In this document: positions 1 through 11,200 of the stretch, in pieces
Layout: the number at the start of each line of letters is the position of its first letter
Numbering within the stretch: position 1 is the stretch's first letter
Source: Squalus acanthias
Lineage: Eukaryota
Length of the DNA stretch: 64,000 nt
Assembly (NCBI GenBank): GCA_030390025.1
Contig: JASTWF010000330.1
Span: 62,001 to 126,000, forward strand
Reading direction: 5' to 3'
The notes under the pieces: model-generated
Told to the model about the DNA's origin: nothing
Databases searched by the model: none
What the model saw: only the letters and a program-made list of their open reading frames with translations
Translations under genes and position numbers: made by a program

Positions 1-1665
1 GAGAGTAAAGGGAGATACCCGGGATAGAGGGGAATATAGAACGGGGACAGAGAGTAAAGGGAGATACCCGGGATAGAGGGGAATATAGAACGGGGACAGA
101 GAATAAAGGGAGATACCCGGAATAGAGGGGAATATAGAACGGGAAAAGAGAGTAAAGGGAGATACCCGGGATAGAGGGGAATATAGAACGGGGACAGAGA
201 GTAAAGGGAGATACCCGGGATAGAGGGAATATAGAACGGTCACAGAGAGTAAAGGGGGATACCCGGGATAGAGGGGAATATAGAACGGGGACTGAGAGTA
301 AAGGGAGATACACGGGATAGAGGGGAATATAGAACGGAGACACAGATTAGAGGGAGATACCCGGGATAGAGGGGAATATAGAACGGGGAGAGAGATTAAA
401 GGGAGATACCCGTGATAGAGGGGGATATAGAACAGAGACAGAGAGTAAAGGGAGATACCGGGGATAGAGGTGGGAAAAAAACCGGGACAGAGAGTAAAGG
501 GAGATACCCGGGATAGAGGGGAAAATAGAACGGGGACAGAGTGTAAAGGCAGATACCCGGGATAGAGGGGAATATAGAACGGGGACAGAGAGTAAAGGGA
601 GATACCCGGAATAGAGGGGAATATTGAAAGGAGACAGAGAGTAAAGGGAGATACCCGGGATAGAGGGGAATATTGAAAGGAGACAGAGAGTAAAGGGAGA
701 TACCCGGGATAGAGGGAAATATAGAACGGGGACAGAGAGTAAAGGGAGATACCCGGGACAGAGGGGAATATAGAACGGGGACAGAGAGTAAAGGGGGATA
801 CCAGGGATCGAGGGAATATAGAACGGGGACAGAGAGTAAAGGGAGATACCCGGGATAGAGGGGAATATAGAACGTGGACAGAGAGTAAAGGGAGAAACCC
901 AGGATAGAGGGGAATATATTACGGGGACATAGAGTAAAGGGAGATACCCGGGATAGAGGGAATATAGAACGGAGACAGAGAGTAAAGGGAGATACCCGGG
1001 ATGGAGGGGAATATAGAACGGTGACAGAGAGTAAAGGGTGATACCCGGGATAGAGTGGAATATAGAACGGGGACAGAGACTAAAGGGAGATACCTGGGAT
1101 AGAGGGAATATAGAACGGGGACAGAGAGTAAAGGGAGATACCCGGGATAGAGGGGAATATAGAACGGGGACAGAGAGTAAAGGGAGATACCCGGGATAGA
1201 GGGGAATATAGAACGGGGACAGAGAGTAAAGGGAGATACCCGGGATAGAGGGGAATATAGAACGGGGACAGAGAGTAAAGGGAGATAACCGGGATAGAGG
1301 GGAATATAGAACGGGGACAGAGAGTAAAGGGAGATAACCGGGATAGAGGGGAATATAGAACGGGGACAGAGAGTAAAGGGAGATACCCGGAATAGAGGGA
1401 ATATAGAACGGGGATAGAGTTTAAAGGGAGATACCCGGGATAGAGGGTATATAGAACGGGGACAGAGAGTAAAGGGAGATACCCGGGATAGAGGGGAATA
1501 TAGAACGGGGACAGAGAGTAAAGGGAGATACCCGGGATAGGGGAAGATAGAACGGGGACAGAGAGTAAAGGGAGATACCCGGGATAGGGGAATATAGAAC
1601 GGGGACAGAGAGTAAAGGGAGATACCCGGGATAGAGGGGAATATAGAATGTGGACAGGGAGTAAA
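1..1665. repeat. 49-bp minisatellite GAGAGTAAAGGGAGATACCCGGGATAGAGGGGAATATAGAACGGGGACA (intronic, array 1, runs off window start)
   Basis: Directly visible tandem units with a 49-bp period; purine-rich on + strand. Confidence 0.97.
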
Positions 1666-1765
1666 GGACGGGCCCCAGTTTCGAGCACTCTCTGCCGGTC
1701 CCAGTCTTTCTGTCAGTTAATAAGGTTCATCAGTTCAGGGGCTGACTCTGTGATTGTTGTTTCAG

Positions 1766-1842
1766 TTCTGGTGGATGGAAGATTCCGGAGACTGTTGTCC
1801 CAATCCTTCACTGCTCCACAAAATCTCCAGGCTGGTTAAACG
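1766..1842 (+). CDS. Exon B, repeat 1 of UMOD/GP2/OIT3-like D8C-domain gene (SGGWKIPETVVPILHCSTKSPGWLNG)
   Basis: Acceptor ttgtttcag at 1765 and donor gtacct at 1843; 77 bp, phase 2 to 1; matches the GG..(M/I)PE..V....C....PGWLNG D8C motif. Confidence 0.92.
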
Positions 1843-1935
1843 GTACCTTCAAACTTTATAATATCAGATTTACATTCACTGTTCTGCACTGTTCACCTTG
1901 GTTGCATCCTTCAATATTTACAATGCTCATTTCAG

Positions 1936-2100
1936 GTTCTCATCCCACCGTGAGTCAGGGAGAAGTGACGAAGACAGTTTGTTTTCACTGGTTTGAAAGT
2001 TCCTGCCACTCGTCCCGGGAGATAAAGATCAAAAACTGCTCCAGTTACTTTGTTTATGAGTTGAAGCCCACACGCTGGTGTCACTATGCTTATTGCACAG
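1936..2100 (+). CDS. Exon C, repeat 1 (SHPTVSQGEVTKTVCFHWFESSCHSSREIKIKNCSSYFVYELKPTRWCHYAYCT)
   Basis: catttcag acceptor and gtacgt donor; 165 bp, phase 1 to 1; classic D8C C-terminal half HP...GEV..TVCF.W....C......I.NC..YFVY.L.P...C..AYC. Confidence 0.95.
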
Positions 2101-2221
2101 GTACGTGTCTGTTTATAACTGACCCAGAGGGGTGACTCTGGGATGTCCCGTGTCATCAACAGAAATAACACAGTTACAATGGGGACACAAGGAATAAAGC
2201 AACTGAAGCACATCGTTTATT

Positions 2222-2598
2222 TGTTATTGTGTTTTAGGGGATTGGGATGCAGCGACTGAGGGGCGTGGTTATTGTGTTTTAGGGGATTGGGATGTAACGA
2301 CTGAGGGGCGTGGTTATTGTGTTTTAGGGGATTGGGATGCAGCGACTGAGGGGCGTGGTTATTGTGTTTTAGGGGATTGGGATGCAGCGACTGAGGGGCG
2401 TGGTTATTGTGTTTTAGGGGATTGCGATGCAGCGACTGAGGGGCGTGGGTTATTGTGTTTTAGGGGATTGGGATGCAGTGACTGAGGGGCGTGGCTTGTT
2501 GTGTTTTAGGGGATTGGGATGCATCGACTGAGGGGCGTGGATATTGTGTTTTAGGGGATTGGGATGCATCGACTGAGGGGCGTGGTTATTGTGTTTTA
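2222..2598. repeat. 45-bp minisatellite TGTGTTTTAGGGGATTGGGATGCAGCGACTGAGGGGCGTGGTTAT (~8 copies)
   Basis: Tandem units with a 45-bp period. Confidence 0.93.
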
Positions 2599-2802
2599 CT
2601 GACCAACGAGTGTCCCTCACCATCTGCACTCAGTGTTCACCTGGGGACTGAGATACCTCGTGATATCTCTCACCTGGTTTAGAGAAGGAGGAAAGTGTCC
2701 AACTTTAACTTGGGGAATTTTCTAGCGGGGTGGAGAGTGAACCTGAGTTTATTGGTACTTCGGGGTGTAGAAGCCAACACTAACCATCTTTCTGTCACTC
2801 AG

Positions 2803-2947
2803 TCCCAGGCTCCGCACTCACTGACCCGTGTGTAAATCACACAGTCTTGGACCAGTCCTGGAGGAGCACGGATTGTAGTGGGACTGAATGCTCTGGCGAG
2901 CTGAAGTGTGATAACAATCTTGACTACGGATGGTACAGATTTCAAAG
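2803..2947 (+). CDS. Exon A, repeat 2 (VPGSALTDPCVNHTVLDQSWRSTDCSGTECSGELKCDNNLDYGWYRFQS)
   Basis: ctttctgtcactcag acceptor (an alternative in-phase cag lies 6 nt downstream) and gtaact donor; 145 bp, phase 1 to 2; DPC..(Y/H)T.L...WRS...CD....GWYRF motif of GP2/UMOD. Confidence 0.93.
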
Positions 2948-3134
2948 GTAACTTCAAGGGATAATTAGAGATAAACTAGTTGATAAGCGTGGAGTAAATG
3001 TACAAAAGATACCCAAGTGTGAGTGCAGGAATGGAAACTGCTGGGAGACCGGGAATATCAGCCAGAACAATGTGGCAGGGAGTGGATACAGGGAAAGGGG
3101 AACAATCGGACCCTACAGAGAGAAACACAGAGAT

Positions 3135-4945
3135 TAAAAGGGGGAAATGTTGGATAGAGGGAATATAGAACGGGAACAGAGAGTAAAGGGAGTTACCCAG
3201 GATAGAGGCGAATATAGAACGGGGACAGAGAGTAAAGGGAGATACCCGTGATAGAGGGGAATATAGGTCGGGGACAGAGAGTAAAGTGAGATACTCGGGA
3301 TAGAGGGGAATATAGAACGGGAACAGAGAGTAAAGGGAGATACCCGGGATAAAGGGGAATATAGAACGGGCACAGAGAGTAAAGGGAGATACCCGGGATA
3401 GAGGGGAATATAGAACGGGAACAGAGAGTAAAGAGAGATAGTCGGGATCGAGGGGAATATAGGTCGGGGACAGAGAGTAAAGGGAGATACCCGGGATAGA
3501 GGGGAATATAGAACGGGAACAGAGAGTAAAGGGAGATACCCGGGATAGAGGCGAATATAGAACGGGGACAGAGAGTAAAGGGAGATACCCGTGATAGAGG
3601 GGAATATAGGTCGGGGACAGAGAGTAAAGGGAGATACTCGGGATAGAGGGGAATATAGAAAGGGGACAGAGAGTAAAGGGAGATACCCGTGATAGAGGGG
3701 AATATAGGTCGGGGACAGAGAGTAAAGGGAGATACCCAGGATAGAGGGGAATATAGAAAGGGGACAGAGAGTAAAGGGAGATACCCGGGATAGAGGGAAT
3801 ATAGAACGGGGACAGAGAGTAAAGAGAGCTACCCGGGATAGAGGGAATATAGAACGGTGACAGAGAGTAAAGGGAGATACCCGGGATAGAGGGGAATATA
3901 GAACGGTGCCAGAGAGTAAAGGGAGATACCCGGGATAGAGGGTAATATAGAACGGTGCCAGAGAGTAAAGGGAGATACTCGGGATAGAGCGGAATATAGA
4001 ACGGTGCCAGAGAGTAAAGGGAGATACTCGGGATAGAGCGGAATATGGAACGGAATCAGAGAGTAAAGGGAGATACCCGGGATAGAGGGGATTATAGAAC
4101 GGGGACAGAGATTATCGGGAGATTCCCGGGATAGAGGGGAATACAGAACGGGGACAGAGAGTAAAGGGAGATACCCGGGATAGAGGGAAATATAGAACGG
4201 GGACATGAGTAAAGGGATATACCCGCGATAGATGGAAATATAGAACGGGGAATGAGTGTAAAGGGAGATAGCCGGGATAGAGGGGAATATTGAACGGGGA
4301 CGGAGTGTAAAGGGAGATACCCGGGATAGAGGGGAATATTGAACGGGGACAGAGATTAAAGGGAGATACCCGGGATAGAGGGGAATATAGAACGGCGACA
4401 GAGAGTAAAGAGAGATACCCGGGATAGAGGGAAATATAGAACGGAGACAAAGAGTAAAGGGAGATAACCGGGATAGAGGGGAATATAGAACGGCGACAGA
4501 GAGTGAAAGGAGATACCCGGGATAGAGGGAATATAGAACGGGGACATAGAGTAAAGGGAGATACACAGAATAGAGGGGAATATAGAACGGGGACAGAGAG
4601 TAAAGGGAGATACCCGGGATAGAGGGGAATATAGAACGGGGACAGAGTGTAAAGGGAGATACCCGGGATAGAGGGGAATATAGAACGGGGACAGAGAGTA
4701 AAGGGAGATACCTGGGATAGAGGGGAATATAGAACGGGGACAGAGAGTAAAGGGAGATACCCAGGATAGAGGGGAATATAGAACGGGGACAGAGAGTAAA
4801 GGGGGATACCCGGGATAGAGGGGAATATAGAACGGGGACAGAGAGTAAAGGGGGATACCCGGAATAGAGGGGAATATAGAACGGGAAAAGAGAGTAAAGG
4901 GAGATACCCGGGATAGAGAGAATATAGAATGTGGACAGGGAGTAA
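3135..4945. repeat. 49-bp minisatellite, array 2
   Basis: Same unit as 1-1665. Confidence 0.96.
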
Positions 4946-5046
4946 AGGACGGGCCCCAGGTTGTGTTACTCTCTGCCGGTCCCAGTCTTTCTATCAGTTA
5001 ATAAGGTCCACCAGTTCAGGGGCTGACTCTGTGATTGTTGTTTCAG

Positions 5047-5123
5047 TTCTGGTGGATGGAAGATTCCGGAGACTGTTGTCCCAATCCTTCACTGCTCCAC
5101 AAAGTCTCCAGGCTGGTTAAACG
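5047..5123 (+). CDS. Exon B, repeat 2
   Basis: Near-identical to 1766-1842 (offset 3281 bp) with the same splice sites. Confidence 0.92.
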
Positions 5124-5216
5124 GTACCTTCACACTTGAGAATATCAGATTTACATTCACTGTTCTGCACTGTTCACCTTGGTTACATTCTTCAATATTT
5201 ACAATCCTCATTTCAG

Positions 5217-5381
5217 GTTCTCATCCCACCGTGAGTCAGGGAGAAGTGACGAGGACAGTTTGTTTTCCCTGGTTTGAAAGTTCCTGCCACTCGTCCCGGG
5301 AGATAAAGATCAAAAACTGCTCCAGTTACTTTGTTTATGAGTTGAAGCCCACACGCTGGTGTCACTATGCTTATTGCACAG
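5217..5381 (+). CDS. Exon C, repeat 2 (VTRTVCFPW variant)
   Basis: Near-identical to 1936-2100; AG/GT intact. Confidence 0.95.
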
Positions 5382-5502
5382 GTACGTGTCTGTTTATAAC
5401 TGACCCAGAGGGGTGGCTCTGGGATGTCCCATTTCATCAACAGAAATAACAAAGTTACAATGGGGACACAAGGAATAAAAGAACTGAAGCACATCGTTTA
5501 TT

Positions 5503-5879
5503 TGTTATTGTGTTTTAGGGGATTGGGATGCAGCGACTGAGGGGCGTGGCTTGTGTTTTAGGGGATTGGGATGCAGCGACTGAGGGGCGTGGCTTGTTGT
5601 GTTTTAGGGGATTGGGATGCAACGACTGAGGGGCGTGGCTTGTTGTGTTTTAGGGGATTGGGATGCAGCGACTGAGGGGCGTGGCTTGTTGTGTTTTAGG
5701 GGATTGGGATGCAGCGACTGAGGGGCGTGGTTATTGTGTTTTAGGGGATTGGGATGCAGCGACTGAGGGGCGTGGCTTGTTGTGTTTTAGGGGATTGGGA
5801 TGCAGCGACTGAGGGGCGTGGTTATTGTGTTTTAGGGGATTGGGATGCATCGACTGAGGGGCGTGGTTATTGTGTTTTA
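5503..5879. repeat. 45-bp minisatellite, array 2
   Basis: Same unit as 2222-2598. Confidence 0.93.
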
Positions 5880-6083
5880 CTGACCAACGAGTGTCCCTCA
5901 CCATCTGCACTCAGTGTTCCCCTGGGGACTGAGATACCTCGTGATATCTCTCACCTGGTTTAGAGAACGAGGAAAGTGTCCAAATTTAACTTGGGGAATT
6001 TTCTAGCGGGGTGGAGAGTGAACCTGAGTTTATTGGTACTTCGGGGGGTAGAAGCCAACACTAACCATCTTTCTGTCACTCAG

Positions 6084-6228
6084 TCGCAGGCTCCGCACTC
6101 ACTGACCCGTGTGTAAATCACACAGTCTTGGACCAGTCCTGGAGGAGCACGGATTGTAGTGGGACTGAATGCTCTGGCGAGCTGAAGTGTGATAACAATC
6201 TTGACTACGGATGGTACAGATTTCAAAG
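6084..6228 (+). CDS. Exon A, repeat 3 (VAGSALTDPCVNHT...GWYRFQS)
   Basis: Near-identical to 2803-2947; AG/GT intact. Confidence 0.93.
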
Positions 6229-6429
6229 GTAACTTAAAGGGAAAATTAGAGATAAACTAGTTGATAAGCGTGGAGTAAATGTACAAAAGATACCCAAGTG
6301 TGAGTGCAAGAATGGAAACAGCTGGGAGACCGGGATTATCAGCCAGAACAATGAGGCAGGGAGTGGATACAGGGAAAGGGGAAAAATCGGACTCCACAGA
6401 GAGAAACACAGAGAATAAAAGTGGGAAAC

Positions 6430-6950
6430 ATTGGATAGAGGGAATAGAGAACGGGAACAGAGAGTAAAGGGAGATACCTGGGATAGAGGGGATATAGAAC
6501 GGGCACAGAGAGTAAAGGGAGATACCTGGGATAGAGAGGAATATAGAACGGGGACAGAGAGTAAAGGGAGATACCTGAAATAGAGAGGAATATAGAACGG
6601 GGACAGAGAGTAAAGGGAGATACCCGGGATAGAGGGGATATAGAATGGGGACAGAGTGTAAAGGGAGATACCCGGGATAGAGGGGATATAGAACGGGCAC
6701 AGAGAGTAAAGGGAGATACCCGGGATAGAGGGGAATATAGAACGGGGACAGAGAGTAAAGGGAGATACCCGGGATAGGGGAATACAGAACGGGGACAGTG
6801 AGTAAAGGGAGATACCCGGGATAGAGGGGAATATAGAACGGGGACAGGGAGTAAAGGGAGATACCCGGGATAGGGGAATATAGAACGGGGACAGAGAGTA
6901 AAGGGAGATACCCGGGATAGAGGGGAATATAGAATGGGGACAGAGTATAA
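6430..6950. repeat. 49-bp minisatellite, array 3 (shorter)
   Basis: Same unit, ~10 copies. Confidence 0.95.
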
Positions 6951-7051
6951 AGGACGGGCCCCAGTTTCTGTTACTCTCTGCCGGTCCCAGTCTTTCTATC
7001 AGTTAATAAGGTTCATCAGTTCAGGGGCTGACTCTCTGATTGTTGTTCCAG

Positions 7052-7128
7052 TTCTGGTGGATGGAAGATTCCGGAGACTGTTGTCCCAATCCTTCACTGC
7101 TCCACAAACTCTCCAGGCTGGTTAAACG
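7052..7128 (+). CDS. Exon B, repeat 3 (CSTNSPGWLNG)
   Basis: ttgttccag acceptor and gtacct donor; 77 bp. Confidence 0.92.
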
Positions 7129-7221
7129 GTACCTTCAGACTTTATAATATCAGATTCACATTCACTGTTCTGCACTGTTCACCTTGGTTACATTCTTCAA
7201 TATTTACAATCCTCATTTCAG

Positions 7222-7386
7222 GAGCTCATCCCACCGTGAGTCAGGGAGAAGTGACGAGGACAGTTTGTTTTCCCTGGTTTGAAAGTTCCTGCCACTCGTC
7301 CCGGGAGATAAAGATCAAAAACTGCTCCAGTTACTTTGTTTATGAGTTGAAGCCCACACGCTGGTGTCACTATGCTTATTGCACAG
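7222..7386 (+). CDS. Exon C, repeat 3 (GAHPTVSQ...AYCT)
   Basis: catttcag acceptor and gtatgt donor; 165 bp. Confidence 0.95.
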
Positions 7387-7785
7387 GTATGTTGCTGTTT
7401 ATAACTGACACAGAGGGGTGACTCTGGGATGTCCCGTGTCATCAACAGAAATAACAAAGTTACACGTGCCCCTCCTTTGTGTAATGAGTGAATGATCTGA
7501 AACACAAACTTTACTTTTCGCCTAAGCTATAGGGAACTGAATCAGACGCTGTTCTCAGTCTCTATCGGACACTCTGTTCCCTGCAGTGCCCACGGTTCGC
7601 GAGAGGCCCCAAGTACAGAGCTGCAGCAACATCAATAACAACATCTTGAATTTATATAGCGCCTTCAATGTAGTAAAACGCCACAAGGTGTTTACGCACG
7701 ACCCAGCGGCTCTCCAGCACCCACGGGCGCGCCTCGCCCCAAGTCTGGTGCTGGGCACCGCAGGCTCCCTCTACAGGCTTTACAG

Positions 7786-8025
7786 GTGACGGGGAATGGG
7801 ATTGGAGTATTCTGGTTAATATAAAGACTGGTGTCTGACAGACTCTGTACTCCAGTACCAGCCTGCTGATCTGATGTGCTGTTCTTCAATCCTCCACTCT
7901 CCCATGTCACGGGGAATAGGATTGGAGTATTCTGGTTTATATAAAGACTGGTGTCTGACAGACTCTGTACTCCAGTACCAGCCTCGTGATCTGATGTGCT
8001 GTTCTTCACACGTCCACTCTCCCAC
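7786..8025. repeat. Two-copy 120-bp tandem duplication in intron
   Basis: 7786-7905 and 7906-8025 are near-identical (ggattggagtattctggtt.atataaagactggtgtctgacagactctgtactccagtaccagcc). Confidence 0.9.
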
Positions 8026-8046
8026 GTGTCTCTCACTTTATTACAG

Positions 8047-8142
8047 ATCCAGAGACATCCACAACTCAGGAACCCGAGCAACAACCGACTCAAGAAGCCA
8101 CTGACGGTTCATCCACTATCGCAGCGGGGTCTGCAGCCTCAG
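8047..8142 (+). CDS. Ser/Thr/Glu-rich linker exon 1 (DPETSTTQEPEQQPTQEATDGSSTIAAGSAAS)
   Basis: tctctcactttattacag acceptor and gtatcg donor; 96 bp, phase 1-1, in frame with exon C. Confidence 0.85.
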
Positions 8143-8239
8143 GTATCGGTCTTGTGGTGCGCACGCTATACAGGCTGTTCACGCAATCTGACTCCTGAAA
8201 AGCTGATCACTGAGAATCATTCAGCCTCTATCTGAGGGG

Positions 8240-11200
8240 AGAGGGCTGCAGTGAGTGAGGGGAGTGGGATGGATTACTAACGGGAGTGGGAGGAGGAGAG
8301 TGGGGGAATGGGATGAGGAGACTAAGGGGAGTGGGATGCAGTAACTAACTGGAGTGGGAGGAGGAGACTGAGGGGAGTGGGATGAGGAGACCGAGGGGAG
8401 TGGGATGAGGAGACTGATGAGAGTGGGATGCAGTGACTGAGGGGAATGGGATTCAGAGACTGAGGGGAGTGGGATGGAGTTACTAACGGGAGTGGGAGGA
8501 GGAGAGTGGGGGAGTGGGATCAGGAGACTGAGGGGAGTGGGATCAGGAGACCGAGGGGAGAGGGATGAGGAGACCGAGGGAAGTGGAATGAGGAGACTGA
8601 TGAAAGTGGGATGAGGAGTCTGAGGGGAGTGGGATGCAGTGACTGAGGGGAGTTGGATGAGGAGACCCAGGGGAGTTGGATGCAGTGACTGAGGGGAGTG
8701 GGATGCAGTGACTGAGGGGAGTGGAACGTAGAGACTTTGGGGAGTGGGATGTAGTGACTGAGGGAAGTGAGATGCAGTGACTGAGGGGAATGGGATGCAG
8801 TGACTGAGGGGAGTGGAATGTAGTGACTGAGGGCAGTGGGATGTAGTGACTGAGGGGAGTGGGATGCAGTGACTGAGGGGAGTGGAATGTAGTGACTTTG
8901 GGGAGTTGGATGCAGTGACTAGAGGGAGTGGGATGTAGTGACTGAGGGGAGTGGGATGTAGTGACTGAGGGGAGTGGAATGTAGTGACTTTGGGGAGTTG
9001 GATGCAGTGTCTGAGGGGAGTGGGATGTAGTGACTGAGGGGAGTGGGATGCAGTGACTGAAGGGAGTGGGATGCAGTGACTGAGGGGAGTGGAATGTAGT
9101 GACTTTGGGGAGTTGGATGCAGTGACTAGGGGGAGTGGGATGTAGTGACTGAGGGGAGTGGGATGTAGTGACTGAGGGGATTAGAATGTAGTGACTGAGG
9201 GGAGTTGGATGCAGTGACTAGGGGGAGTGGGATGCAGTGACTGAGGGGAGTGGGATGTAGTGACTGAGGGCGGTGGGATGTAGTGACTGAGGGGAGTGGG
9301 ATGCAGTGACTGAGGGGAGTGGAATGTAGTGACTTTGGGGAGTTGGATGCAGTGACTAGGGGGAGTGGGATGTAGTGACTGAGGGGAGTGGGACGCAGTG
9401 ACTGAGGGGAGTGAAATGCAGTGACTGAGGGGAGCGGGATGTAGTGAATGAGGGGAGTGGGATGCAGTGACTGAGGGGAGTGGGATGTAGTGACTGAGGG
9501 GAGTGGGATGCAGTGACTGAGGGGAGTGGGATGTAGTGACTTTGGGGAGTGTGATGCAGTGTCTGAGGGGAGAGGGATGTAGTAACTGAGGTGAGTGGGA
9601 TGCAGTGAATGAGGGCAGTGGGAGGCAGTGACTGAGGGGAGGGGGATGCACTGACTGAGGGCAGCGGGATGTAGTGATTGGGGGGAGTGGGATGCAGTGA
9701 CTGAGGGGAGTGGGATGCAGTCACTGAGGTGAGTGAGATGCAGTGAATGAGGGCAGTGGGAGGCAGTGACTGAGGGGAGGGGGATGTAGTGACTGAGGGG
9801 AGGGGGATGTAGTGACTGAGGGGAGTGGGATGTAATGACTGAGGGGAGGGGGATGTAGTGACTGAGGGGAGTGGGATGTAATGACTGAGTAGGTGGGATG
9901 TAGTGACTGATGGGAGTGGAATGCAGTGACTGACGGGAGTGGGATGCAGTGACTGAGGGGAGTGGGATGTAGTGACTGAGGGGAGTGGGATGTAATGACT
10001 GAGTAGGTGGGATGTAGTGACTGACGGGAGTGGTATCCAATGACTAAGGGCAGTGGGATGTAGTGACTGAGGGGAGTGGGATGTAGTGACCGAGGGGAGT
10101 GGGATGTAGTGACTGAGGGGAGTGGGATGTAGTGACTGACGGGAGTGGGATGTAGTGACTGCGGTGGTGGGATGTATTGACTGACGGGAGTGGGATACAG
10201 TGACTAAGGGCAGTGGGATGTAGTGAGTGAGGTGAGTGGGATGTAGTGACTGAGGGGAGTGGGATGCAGTGACTGAGGGGAGAGGGATGCAGTGACAGAG
10301 GGGACTGGGATGAAGTGAGTGAGGGGAGTGGGATGCAGTAACTAACGGGAGTGGGAGGAGGAGAGTGGGGGAGTGGGATGAGGAGACTGAGGGGAGTGGG
10401 ATGAGGAGACCGAGGGGAGTGGGATGCAGTGACTGAGGGGAGTGGGATGTAGTGACTGAGGGGAGTGGGATGCAGTGACTAGGGGGAGTGGAATGTAGTG
10501 TCTTTGGGGAGTGGGATGCAGTGACTAGGGGGAGTGGGATGCAGTGACTGAGGGGAGTGGGATGTAGTGACTGAGGGGAGTGGGATGTAGTGATTGAGGG
10601 GAGTGGGACGCAGTGACTGAGGGGAGTGAAATGCAGTGACTGAGGGGTGTGGGATGTAGTGACTGAGGGGAGTGGGATGTAGTGAGTGAGGTGAGTGGGA
10701 TGCAGTGACTGATGGGAGTGGAATGTAGAGACATTGGGGAGTGGGATGTAATGACTGAGGGGAGTGGGATGCAGTGAATGAGGGCAGTGGGATGTAGTGA
10801 CTGAGGGGAGGGGGATGCACTGACTGAGGGGAGTGGGATGTAGTGACTGAGGGGAGTGGGATGTAGTGACTGAGGGGAGTGGGATGCAGTGACTGAGGGG
10901 CATGGGATGCAGTGACTGCGGGGAGTGGGATGCAGTGACTGAGAGGAGTGGGATGTCGTGACTGAGGGGAGTGGGATGTAGTGACTGAGGGGAGTGGGAC
11001 GTAGTGACTGAGGGGTGTGGGACGTAGTGACTGAGGGGAGTGGGATGTAGTGACTGAGGGGAGTGGGATGTAGTGACTGAGGGGAGTGGGATGTGAGTGA
11101 GGGGAGTGGGATGCAGTGACTGATGAGAGTGGAATGTAGAGACTTTGGGGAGTGGGATGTAATGACTGAGGGGAGTGGGATGCAGTGAATGAGGGCAGTG

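Noticed and set aside
1080..6700. Minus-strand YPGYLPLLSVPVL-type ORFs
   Set aside because: Antisense translations of the 49-bp minisatellite.
7587..7612. Possible mini-exon after ctgttccctgcag (VPTVRERPQ)
   Set aside because: The only nearby donor (gtacag) is weak and out of phase with the next exon; the downstream sequence is an inverted L2/SINE tail.
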